A stretch of 27,197 nt of DNA from the NCBI GenBank assembly GCA_964603405.1, contig CAZRUK010000004.1, forward strand, positions 1 through 27,197. Reading direction: 5' to 3'. Source of the DNA: an uncultured Candidatus Saccharibacteria bacterium. GTDB lineage: Bacteria; Patescibacteriota; Minisyncoccia; Phycocordibacterales; DSPV01. The notes beneath the pieces were generated by a model that was not told the DNA's origin, did no database searches, and saw only the letters and a program-made list of their open reading frames with translations. Below, piece by piece: positions 6,633 through 14,726 of this stretch. Every line of letters starts with the position of its first letter. Positions within the stretch are counted from its first letter, which is position 1. A program made the translations under genes and the position numbers.

Positions 6633-7460
6633 TCATCGGTAGGAATTTAAAACACTCTCAAGTAGTTTTCTTTTTTCCAAAGACTTTTTCCAAACACTAT
6701 TAGAGCGTCTGCCATTAATTCTCACTCCCTCGGTAAAGTTTATATGTCTGGCAAATTTTGCTAAATTCTCTCTCCTACTTATCACTATTTCTTTATATTT
6801 TAGTTCTGTCCTACTGTTAATCCCCAACCCCTTTAACAGGCCCTTTATCGTACATAAAATCTTATTATTGTGCTGGTAGCCATGAATCTCTCGACGTTTC
6901 CTTATGAAATAAACCGATCCTTCGTCATCAAAGAAAGACCTCAAAAATATCTTCTGGTAATCAGAGTTCATCTTAGTGATTTTTTTAATTAACTGTTCCG
7001 ACTTCTTTTTTAGAAAAGGGCCCAATTCCACATTGTGATACGCGGTCTTAAACACACCGGGCAAAGACTCATATTGCCTAAAAGGAAATGGGTAAATCTT
7101 TTTCATTCCCTTACGAATTTGAAAGTGGAGAACTAAGTTTCGATTAGTATAAACACATCCATTTTTGTTTATAGTTCCATCAAAGATTAAGTGGCTAATT
7201 AATCCCACAAGATCACGATTCCATCCTTTTATTTTTAGCGGGTGCCGACCCAAAAGACTCTTCCCTCTTATCATAGAGCTGTATTTATTTAATCTTCTGG
7301 TCGCGGCTAAACGAATCTCCTTCCTGCGAACAGCACCGAGAGGAATACTCTTAATATGAAAATAGACGGAGGTTTTTGGCCGACCGGTTTCCTTCACAAT
7401 TTGATTTAAAGATAAACCCTGTTTCCTAAGAAAAATACACCGAGTTTTAAAATAGACCAC
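6633..7460 (-). CDS. Free-standing LAGLIDADG-type endonuclease with an N-terminal HTH
   Basis: HTH RKQGLSLNQIVKETGRPKTSVYFHIK; two LAGLIDADG-like helices LISHLIFDG and FLRSFFDDEGSV; GTG start 6 nt after TGaTATAAT. Confidence 0.85.
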   Translation of the reverse strand: MVYFKTRCIFLRKQGLSLNQIVKETGRPKTSVYFHIKSIPLGAVRRKEIRLAATRRLNKYSSMIRGKSLLGRHPLKIKGWNRDLVGLISHLIFDGTINKNGCVYTNRNLVLHFQIRKGMKKIYPFPFRQYESLPGVFKTAYHNVELGPFLKKKSEQLIKKITKMNSDYQKIFLRSFFDDEGSVYFIRKRREIHGYQHNNKILCTIKGLLKGLGINSRTELKYKEIVISRRENLAKFARHINFTEGVRINGRRSNSVWKKSLEKRKLLESVLNSYR

Positions 7461-7597
7461 AGTACTATTATATCAAGATCTCCACCAGTCCCCTCACCAA
7501 GAGATTATTATAAATATCCTTTCCGACCAGAATTACATGCAGAATATGTATAATCAGTTGCTTTATATTAAAGAAATAGCGAGGCATGGGGCGGTAT

Positions 7598-7631
7598 AAA
7601 AGAAACCGGCGGCCAATTACCTGGTCGCCGG
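7598..7631 (-). terminator. Rho-independent terminator after the 7644-8069 gene
   Basis: Minus strand ccggcgacca-ggtaat-tggccgccgg followed by tttctttt. Confidence 0.7.
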
Positions 7632-7643
7632 AAGCTTAAACAA

Positions 7644-8069
7644 TCAGAACTGGTAGCCACTGTTTCTGTAAACAGTGTTGATGGCCTCGAATACATCGGG
7701 TGGCGCCCAATTCTCGAAGTCTCGGGTAGTCCAGTGTTCTAGTTCATCTTTGCCCCGAACATGGAGTCTTTCACCAGTATCTCTGTCGAAATACCTAGTG
7801 AATTTATTGAACTGCTTGTCATCTCGGTCCATCTTGGCAACGAAGCCAATCTCGACCTTGATGTGACCCCTTCTGTTGAACGAGAGCGAGGCAACTATTC
7901 GCTCCGCGAATCGAACGGAAACCACCAACGGAAGTTCTGCCAGTGTGCCGGCGAGACTGCTAACTAGATTTCTTTCTGACTTGTCACCGAGACTGAACTT
8001 CACTATATCCACAGGAAGCTGCAAAGCTTGCCCGAGGGCAGGGGTGAGAGTGAAATTTTTTGAATCCAT
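7644..8069 (-). CDS. Hypothetical protein (~141 aa; upstream ATG at 8117 is an alternative start)
   Basis: Open frame with its own consensus promoter (8219-8247) and terminator (7598-7631); no family recognised. Confidence 0.65.
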   Translation of the reverse strand: MDSKNFTLTPALGQALQLPVDIVKFSLGDKSERNLVSSLAGTLAELPLVVSVRFAERIVASLSFNRRGHIKVEIGFVAKMDRDDKQFNKFTRYFDRDTGERLHVRGKDELEHWTTRDFENWAPPDVFEAINTVYRNSGYQF

Positions 8070-8218
8070 CCACTCTCTGACGGATTTGGTGTAGCACCAG
8101 CTTACTCGCTTATGCATCGTGATTTTCCTTTCCGGGTTTGGCTCACTACGGCCATTGTTTCAACGAACTCTTGCAAGTGGCTATCCTGCATACTCTGCAG
8201 GCACTTGTTTCGCAAACC

Positions 8219-8247
8219 ATTTTATCATGTATATGTGTTTATGTCAA
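8219..8247 (-). promoter_or_regulatory. Consensus sigma70 promoter
   Basis: TTGACA-17 nt-TAAAAT with an extended -10 TG on the minus strand. Confidence 0.75.
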
Positions 8248-8348
8248 GCTGTTCGATTCCTGTTGGGCTTAAACCAGAAATCGCCAGTTTTGGAAATAAC
8301 CCTGCCATTTCAGAGCCAAAAATCTACGGTATAAAATCCTTCTGAAAA

Positions 8349-8422
8349 TCCGCCCAGGAGGATTTGAACCTCCGACCGTCTGCTTAAAAGGCAGCTGCTC
8401 TACCAGGCTGAGCTATGGGCGG
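8349..8422 (-). tRNA. tRNA-Lys (anticodon TTT), CCA not encoded
   Basis: Acceptor ccgccca/tgggcgg; D arm gctc/gagc; anticodon loop CTTTTAA; T arm ggagg-TTCAAAT-cctcc. Confidence 0.95.
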
Positions 8423-8485
8423 ATTTAACGAAATATTTATAACACGTTTACTCAAAATTTAGAAGGCCATACGAAATCCGCCTCT

Positions 8486-9229
8486 TCAAACTTTCAATAC
8501 AAACCTCTCTAAAGCCGTAATGAGATCGAAAAAACCGCGGCGGGAATCGTGGTAAAGATCCACCAAATCTCCCGACATTTTAATCAGTTCCTCCCGCTTG
8601 AAATTTGAAGCGTATCTCTTTGATTTACCAAAAACAAAAGAGCTAAGTCCTGCTTTAGAGGCATCAGAAGTTTCTCCGGCAAGAACCATGCTTTTTACCT
8701 GCCAAAACAAAATTCCGCTGATTTCTTCGGGTGAAATTCCTTTGAGCGCCGCTTCTGTAAACAAGGCCCACAATTCTTTTCTATCCCGCCGACCGAGAGC
8801 GTCGCTTATGGCAAAAATTTTGAAATCTCCGGAATTGAAAACTTGAGACGAACCGGAACCATTGCGTCCCGAATTTTTTGTAAATTCTTTCGTTTCCCGC
8901 GCCGCCACTTTTATTTTTTTAAGCGAAACAGCGTCAATTCCATTTTCAAGAAAAACAAAAGCATTCTCTGATCCGCCCAGTTCTTTAGTTCGAGAAATAA
9001 TCCAATCCCGGCCTTGCTTGTTTTCAAAAAGACCGTCGACAAAAATAATAAATTTTTGATCGAACAATCCTTGTCCGCTGATAAAGCCCTCAAACTCCGC
9101 CTGATTCCAATTATCGGCGGTAATTCTGAAATACTCCGCCTCAGGCCTTTTCTTTTTCATAATATCCAAAACCGCTCTGGCCCGTGCCCGCGTCCCCTCT
9201 CTGTCCACGCCGTAGAAAAAATAAATCAT
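8486..9229 (-). CDS. holA: DNA polymerase III subunit delta (HolA-like)
   Basis: MIYFFYG start, GLFDQK, FKIFAISDALG.RD, GISPEEI.GIL.WQ and LERFVL end. ATGA overlap with the polA stop. Confidence 0.8.
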   Translation of the reverse strand: MIYFFYGVDREGTRARARAVLDIMKKKRPEAEYFRITADNWNQAEFEGFISGQGLFDQKFIIFVDGLFENKQGRDWIISRTKELGGSENAFVFLENGIDAVSLKKIKVAARETKEFTKNSGRNGSGSSQVFNSGDFKIFAISDALGRRDRKELWALFTEAALKGISPEEISGILFWQVKSMVLAGETSDASKAGLSSFVFGKSKRYASNFKREELIKMSGDLVDLYHDSRRGFFDLITALERFVLKV

Positions 9230-11628
9230 GACTTTATCTTCTCCATTTCCGCCCAATTATCACCCGCACTGGCGTCAGTCTTCATAATAATTCCAGCTGT
9301 CTCTTCCGGAGAAATAACGGACTCCATAATTTTCTGGATTTCAGGAACGACCTTTTCTACCAAATCTTCTTCGATTTCAAAGACCAACTCATCATGAACT
9401 TGCAAAAGCATCCGGGCATTTTTATCTAATTTACCTTCCCCCAAATATTCATCTATCCGCACCATGGCAAGTTTTATAATATCCGCTTCCGTGCCTTGAA
9501 TCGGCGCGTTTATGGCCATTCTCTCGGCCCCCGCCCGAACGTAAGGCAGTTTGGATTTAAGCCCCTCAAAATAACGGCGCCGGCCGAAGAAAGTTTCCGT
9601 ATACCCTTTCTTGTGAGCTTCCAATTTTACGTCATCCAAATATTCAGCAAGACCAGAAAACTTTTCGAAATATTCATTATAGAACTTTTGGGCTTCGGCG
9701 CGATCCGTGCCAAGATTTTCTCTTAAAGCATTCACCCCCATACCATAAATAATTCCAAAATTTATAACTTTGGCATGACGTCTCATCTCCGGATGCACCT
9801 TGTCCCCGGGCACGCCAAAAACTTCCGCCGCCACAGCCGTGTGGACATCTTCTCCCCTCTTAAAAATCTCAATTAGTTTTTTATCCTTGGAAAGAAACGC
9901 TGCGATGCGTAATTCGATTTGGGAATAATCGAAAGAAACCAATTTTTTTCCTTTTTCCGCCACAAACGCTTTCCGAATAGCCCTACCCAACTCGCTTTTG
10001 TGCGGGATATTCTGTAAATTCGGATTTCGGGAAGACATTCTGCCCGTCGCCGCCCCATTTGAAAGAAAATTTGTGTGTAGTCTGCCATCCAACGCCACCA
10101 GCATAGGAATGTTATCAATGTACGTGGACAAAAGTTTTTGAAATTCTCTGTATTCCAAAATCGGCTCGATGATGGGGTGCTCGCCTCGAAGTTTTACGAG
10201 TTCCGATTCTCTGGTAGAAAGCGCCCCGCCCGCCGTCTTTTTTTGGCGCGAGGCCTTGAGTCCCATTTTCACAAAAAGCACCTCGCCAAGCTGCTTCGGC
10301 GAATTAATGTTGAATTCCGCACCGGCCTCGCGCCAAATTTTTTTCTCCAAAGCACTCAATTTTTTATGATATTCATCCGAAAGCTTCTTCAGGTAATCCA
10401 AATCAACCTTAACTCCGGTTTTCTCCATTTTCTCTATAACTGGAATCAGGGGTTTTTCGATTTCTTTAAAAACCCTTTCCAACTTGAGTCTTTTCAATTC
10501 TCCAAACAAAAACTCTTCGGCTTTGGCTATGGATTCCGTTTTGGCTAAGCGGAAAATATCTTCTTCCTTCGGGTCCGTAATATTAGAATTGATGAGAGAA
10601 ACTGCGACTGCAAGTTCTTTTGAGAGATTGGCCGGAATGCTTTCGTGCGCCTCCTCTTTTTTCTCTTCCGAGTCAGTCTGCTCGTTTCCCCTAATTTTCC
10701 CCAAAACCTCCCTAGCTCGGTTACCTAAAGTTCTGAATTCCAATTCACTAAAAAGCGCTGTGATTTTCGCCATCTCAACCGAATCAATCCATTTCTTCTC
10801 TGGTAAAACAAAATCAATGGGCGCGTCTCGGCGAATAGTAGCCAATTCTTTGGAAAATTCGGCCTCCTCCTCGTGCTCCAACAAAAGATTAACAATCCTC
10901 TCCTTGAGACCGGCTTTGATAAAGGTATCCTTATCTTTCTTCAACGTTTTATAGATTTCGCCTATCGAACCAAATTTTGTGATGAGAATTGTGGCAGTCT
11001 TCTCGCCAATGCCTGGCACACCAGGGATATTGTCCGAGGGATCGCCATTTAAGCCTTTGTAGTCCGGTAAAAGCTCAGGACCGAAACCAAAACGGGTTTT
11101 TACTCCCTCTTCATCATAAGTAATCGTCTCACTCAAGCCCTTTTTCATTGTATAGACTTTCACTTCTTTACCACTAACCAATTGGAGTGTGTCCATATCT
11201 CCCGACGCTATGACTACGTCAATATCAGCTTGGGGTTTGAGGCTTGGGGTTTTTAGCTTGGAAACAATGGTTCCTAAAATATCGTCGGCTTCGAAACCCG
11301 GGCTGTCATAAATCGGAATGTTAAAAGCCTTAAAAACATCTCTCGAGCGCTTGAGTTGAATGACAAGTTCGTCTTCGGCTTTGACCCGCTGCGCTTTATA
11401 TCCCTCATAAGCCTCGTGGCGATACGTCGGCCCGGGCAGATCGTAGCAGGCAAAAATATAATCGGGCTTCAGATCACCTACAATTTTCAGAAGCATGGAA
11501 GACAGGCCGTATATTCCCCCCGTCGGTTCGCCTTTGCTTGAAACAAAATCAGGCAGAGCATGATAGGCCCGATGAATAATAGCGTGGGCGTCCAGCAAAA
11601 CTATTTTTGTTTTTTCTTTAGCGGGCAT
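9226..11628 (-). CDS. polA: DNA polymerase I (5'-3' exonuclease plus polymerase; 3'-5' exonuclease region mostly absent)
   Basis: LLDAHAIIHRAYHA, GDPSDNIPGVPGIGEKTA, TGRMSSRNPNLQNIP, DYSQIELR, AKVINFGIIYG and LLQVHDELVFE. Confidence 0.98.
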   Translation of the reverse strand: MPAKEKTKIVLLDAHAIIHRAYHALPDFVSSKGEPTGGIYGLSSMLLKIVGDLKPDYIFACYDLPGPTYRHEAYEGYKAQRVKAEDELVIQLKRSRDVFKAFNIPIYDSPGFEADDILGTIVSKLKTPSLKPQADIDVVIASGDMDTLQLVSGKEVKVYTMKKGLSETITYDEEGVKTRFGFGPELLPDYKGLNGDPSDNIPGVPGIGEKTATILITKFGSIGEIYKTLKKDKDTFIKAGLKERIVNLLLEHEEEAEFSKELATIRRDAPIDFVLPEKKWIDSVEMAKITALFSELEFRTLGNRAREVLGKIRGNEQTDSEEKKEEAHESIPANLSKELAVAVSLINSNITDPKEEDIFRLAKTESIAKAEEFLFGELKRLKLERVFKEIEKPLIPVIEKMEKTGVKVDLDYLKKLSDEYHKKLSALEKKIWREAGAEFNINSPKQLGEVLFVKMGLKASRQKKTAGGALSTRESELVKLRGEHPIIEPILEYREFQKLLSTYIDNIPMLVALDGRLHTNFLSNGAATGRMSSRNPNLQNIPHKSELGRAIRKAFVAEKGKKLVSFDYSQIELRIAAFLSKDKKLIEIFKRGEDVHTAVAAEVFGVPGDKVHPEMRRHAKVINFGIIYGMGVNALRENLGTDRAEAQKFYNEYFEKFSGLAEYLDDVKLEAHKKGYTETFFGRRRYFEGLKSKLPYVRAGAERMAINAPIQGTEADIIKLAMVRIDEYLGEGKLDKNARMLLQVHDELVFEIEEDLVEKVVPEIQKIMESVISPEETAGIIMKTDASAGDNWAEMEKIKS

Positions 11629-12061
11629 CTTCTATTTTTATTTTTCTTTCGTTTTCGGAAACATGTTCAAAATGTATTTTTATGGAGTTTTTCGGCATAA
11701 GATCCTCTATTTTCTCCGCCCACTCAATAACAACGAGGTTGTGCTCATCCGAAAGAATGTCACTCCAACCCAAGGGTAAAAGTTCCGCCGGTCCTTCCAA
11801 TCTGTAAACATCCAAGTGAAAAAACTTTTTAAAATTTTTATGGGTTAAATCGTAAACTTTTTCAATAACAAAAGTCGGGCTTTGAACTTTTTCTTTAACG
11901 CCAAGGGCTTCGGCCATTGCGCGAGTAAAAAAACTTTTACTGGCGCCCAATTCGCCATAAAGACCGACAACCACAGCTTCCTTTTTGGGCGAGAGGTTCT
12001 TAATAAAATCCGCCGCTATCTCGGCTGTTTCTTCTTCTGATTTTGATAAATATTCCTTCAT
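11618..12061 (-). CDS. tsaE: tRNA threonylcarbamoyladenosine biosynthesis ATPase TsaE
   Basis: LYGELGASKS P-loop variant, VQSPTF, HLDVYRL and IEWAE. Confidence 0.93.
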   Translation of the reverse strand: MKEYLSKSEEETAEIAADFIKNLSPKKEAVVVGLYGELGASKSFFTRAMAEALGVKEKVQSPTFVIEKVYDLTHKNFKKFFHLDVYRLEGPAELLPLGWSDILSDEHNLVVIEWAEKIEDLMPKNSIKIHFEHVSENERKIKIEDAR

Positions 12062-12134
12062 TCCGTTAGGCGCATTCTAGCACGGCCTCTGGTTTGAAAA
12101 ACCAAAATTGTGTGCAAGCTGTTAAAAACCAAAA

Positions 12135-12216
12135 ACCCGACGAAATTCCTCATGGAATTTTTTCGGGTAAAGAAAGGGCCCGGCTCACTCCGCTGGTTGG
12201 CGGATTGAGTCGGGCC
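12135..12216. terminator. Two tandem stem-loops downstream of the small lipoprotein gene
   Basis: acccga..aaattcc/ggaattt..tcgggt (12135-12168) and ggcccggctca..tccgc/gcgga..tgagtcgggcc (12177-12216). Confidence 0.5.
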
Positions 12217-12233
12217 TCGAAACAAGTGTTGGA

Positions 12234-12506
12234 TTACCGATGTCGCGTAACGCGGTTCGGCGGGACAACCCCGTAGGGTCCGTGTCCGCGATTCTCGCGG
12301 ACCCAGGCGCCGTAGCGCCTGCCGAAGGAATCCTCCGGCCGGTAGTAACCGTGGCCACTGCCACGGTAATAATAAGGACGGCGGGGCGAATAGACCCTCA
12401 CCCCATGCCTCCAACCGGGTTCGTACCCGTAAGGATACGGGGTTGACGAGCAACCCGCGAAAAACATTACCACAATAACCAACAATATCAATTTAAGAGC
12501 TTTCAT
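12234..12506 (-). CDS. Small putative lipoprotein with a Tyr/Arg/Gly/Pro-rich body
   Basis: Signal peptide MKALKLILLVIVVMF with lipobox FAG-C (Cys19); AAAGGA upstream; TGaTATAAT further upstream. Confidence 0.7.
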   Translation of the reverse strand: MKALKLILLVIVVMFFAGCSSTPYPYGYEPGWRHGVRVYSPRRPYYYRGSGHGYYRPEDSFGRRYGAWVRENRGHGPYGVVPPNRVTRHR

Positions 12507-12644
12507 TCTGCTTTCCTTTCATTTGAGGTTTTTTCTGTTTACCGAAATTCCTTCTAATTATATCATACATAATTGATTTATGTCAAGTATCACAGAGTCA
12601 ACTAAAACCCTGTTTCCTAGCCCTAAAAATGCTATTATTTTCTC

Positions 12645-14321
12645 ATGATTGAATTTGACGAGGACAAGCAAAAACTTCATCTCTCCGAAATTCATAAAAG
12701 AGAGGAGGAGGAATTCGCTCATATAGCCGCCGACAAAAGAGGCTTGAGTTATATAAATCTAGCAAGCTCTCCCGTGAACTTGGATGCCCTGAGAGTTATC
12801 CCCGAGGATAAAGCCAAAAGCGCCGGGGTGGTGGCTTTCAACATTCTCGACAAAAAACTCGGGGTAGCTATAACCAACCCCGACAGTAAAGAAGCTCTTG
12901 AAATTATAAAAGATTTGGGCAACCAAGGTTATAAAATAACAACTTTCCTGGTCTCTAAAAGAAGTTTTGAAAAAACTTTGGAAAAATATAAGGAGCTGTC
13001 TTTAAATAAGGGCACCAAAGCCGGGTCGTTTCAATTATCAAGCGAGGAAGTCGCCGCTTATCTAGGGAAAATAAAAGACGTTACCGATGTCAAAAAATTA
13101 ATTGAAGAAATTCTATCCGACAAAAAAGCTTATAAAACTACTAAAGTTGCCGAAATAGTTCTAGCTGGAGCTTTGGCTGTAGGAGCTTCAGATGTTCACA
13201 TCGAGCCGGAGCAAGCGTATGTCAGATTGCGTTACCGCTTGGATGGCGTGCTGAACGATATTTATCATTTGGAAATTCAGGTTTACAACTATGTTTTATC
13301 CAGACTGAAACTGATTTCAGGTATGAAATTAAACGTTCATCTGGAAGCTCAAGACGGCCGGTTCAGTATAAAGACAAACGAGGCCGATATAGAAGTCCGT
13401 TCCTCAATCATTCCGGGCGCTTATGGAGAATCTATGGTGATGAGAATCCTTGATCCGAAATCAATTCAGGTTCCTATGGAAGAACTTGGCATAGAACCTC
13501 ACCTGCAAAAAGTTCTGGAACGAGAAATATCCAAACCTAACGGCATGCTTTTGAATACAGGACCGACAGGTTCCGGCAAAACAACCACTCTTTACGCTTT
13601 TCTTCGCAAAGTACATACACCTGACACAAAAATCATCACAGTTGAAGACCCTGTTGAGTACCACTTGCCAGGAATAGTCCAAACGCAGACGAACGCAGAG
13701 GAAGGTTACACTTTCCTTTCAGGGCTTCGCGCCATCCTTCGGCAAGATCCGGATATTATAATGATCGGCGAAATTAGAGATCACGAAACTGCGGAAATCG
13801 CCACCAATGCCGCCTTAACAGGCCACTTGGTGTTCTCTACCCTGCACACAAACAACGCCGCCGGCACATTCCCAAGACTTTTTGACCTGGGTGTAAATCC
13901 AAAAATTGTCACCTCGGCTATAAACGCCGCCATGGCTCAAAGACTTGTGAGAAAACTTTGCAAAAAATGCAAAAAGGAAGTGGCTTTGAGCGGGGTTGAG
14001 AAAAAAGAAATTGAAGAAATAATTAAAAATGTTTCTATAGAAGAATATCGCGATTTGCCGACCGAAAAAATTTGGGCGGCTGGCGAAGGCTGCGAAGCTT
14101 GTAATCATACCGGCTATAAGGGACGAACCGGAATATATGAAGCGATTCTTGCCGATGAGGAAATCGGTAAGGTGGTTTTAACTAATCCAAATGAAAAAGA
14201 AATAAGTGCCGTGGCCAGAAAACAGGGACTCCTTAACATGAAAGAGGACGGCATTGTGAAAATTTTGAAGGGTATTACCTCCATGGACGAACTGCAGAGA
14301 GTGATCGATTTGGAAGATTAA
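12645..14321 (+). CDS. Type IV pilus / type II secretion assembly ATPase (PilB/GspE family)
   Basis: Walker A GPTGSGKTTT, Asp box TVEDPVE, LRQDPDIIMIGEIRD, His box STLHTN, CKKC...CEAC and YKGRTGIYE. Confidence 0.93.
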   Translation: MIEFDEDKQKLHLSEIHKREEEEFAHIAADKRGLSYINLASSPVNLDALRVIPEDKAKSAGVVAFNILDKKLGVAITNPDSKEALEIIKDLGNQGYKITTFLVSKRSFEKTLEKYKELSLNKGTKAGSFQLSSEEVAAYLGKIKDVTDVKKLIEEILSDKKAYKTTKVAEIVLAGALAVGASDVHIEPEQAYVRLRYRLDGVLNDIYHLEIQVYNYVLSRLKLISGMKLNVHLEAQDGRFSIKTNEADIEVRSSIIPGAYGESMVMRILDPKSIQVPMEELGIEPHLQKVLEREISKPNGMLLNTGPTGSGKTTTLYAFLRKVHTPDTKIITVEDPVEYHLPGIVQTQTNAEEGYTFLSGLRAILRQDPDIIMIGEIRDHETAEIATNAALTGHLVFSTLHTNNAAGTFPRLFDLGVNPKIVTSAINAAMAQRLVRKLCKKCKKEVALSGVEKKEIEEIIKNVSIEEYRDLPTEKIWAAGEGCEACNHTGYKGRTGIYEAILADEEIGKVVLTNPNEKEISAVARKQGLLNMKEDGIVKILKGITSMDELQRVIDLED

Positions 14322-14333
14322 GGAAAGAAAACC

Positions 14334-14371
14334 AAAACAGCCTTCCGTCAAAATTGACGGAAGGCTGTTTT
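14334..14371. terminator. Strong bidirectional terminator
   Basis: Perfect 18-bp arms aaaacagccttccgtcaa / ttgacggaaggctgtttt. Confidence 0.85.
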
Positions 14372-14438
14372 CTTTGAACAGTGAATAACCTTATTGCTAA
14401 AAATTTTTCGGGGACTATAGTGAATTCAGACACTAACC

Positions 14439-14600
14439 AGTCCAGGACATTAACCTCCAAGCAAAACTTCTGGTAACGAGGTACTAGAAGCGAGGCATAT
14501 CACCTGAGGAGTAAACCAGAAAGCGCGGAGCCACCAGATTATCCTTAGCGAAATGTCAAAAGGCGCGAGCCTTATTGCTTAGAGGTTGTTATCCTGGACT
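14439..14600 (-). ncRNA. Candidate structured ncRNA (162-nt long hairpin; 6S RNA is one possibility)
   Basis: The ends pair over ~26 bp (agtccagga/tcctggact, aacctct-aagcaa/ttgctt-ggaggtt), with G:U pairs only in the minus orientation. An upstream consensus promoter and a downstream terminator frame it. Confidence 0.55.
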
Positions 14601-14697
14601 TTTTATTACCTGACTTTAAAGGAACACGAAATCAGACTGGATTTTTCCCCAAAATAGAAGGAGAATAAATATATCGCACTTAAGTACGAACATCAAG

Positions 14698-14726
14698 AGT
14701 CTAGCATAAATTATTTAAAGTGTCAA
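14698..14726 (-). promoter_or_regulatory. Consensus sigma70 promoter firing into the pilB-ruvB intergenic region
   Basis: TTGACA-17 nt-TAGACT with an extended -10 TG; overlaps the ruvB start. Confidence 0.75.

Noticed and set aside
7480-7499. ctccacca / ctcacca as tRNA or tmRNA 3' remnants (att site) beside the LAGLIDADG gene
   Set aside because: Only 7-8 nt, no T arm, on the opposite strand to tRNA-Lys and not matching its 3' end.
7548-7553. Plus-strand TATAAT as the promoter of a short sRNA
   Set aside because: No -35 or TGn element and no U-tract terminator on that strand; expected by chance in AT-rich DNA.
8112-8345. Plus-strand ORFs 8112-8345 and 8119-8334
   Set aside because: They overlap a clear minus-strand promoter and leader, with no initiation signals or motifs.
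14372-14691. tmRNA or RNase P RNA, suggested by the ~350-nt transcript size
   Set aside because: No tRNA-like ends or T-loop, and no GAGGAAAGUCC or P4 motifs on either strand.
14616-14693. 25-aa hydrophobic ORF MFVLKCDIFILLLFWGKIQSDFVFL as a type I toxin
   Set aside because: Its ATG is only 4 nt after the -10 box, so it probably lies upstream of +1; the hydrophobicity follows from T-rich DNA.
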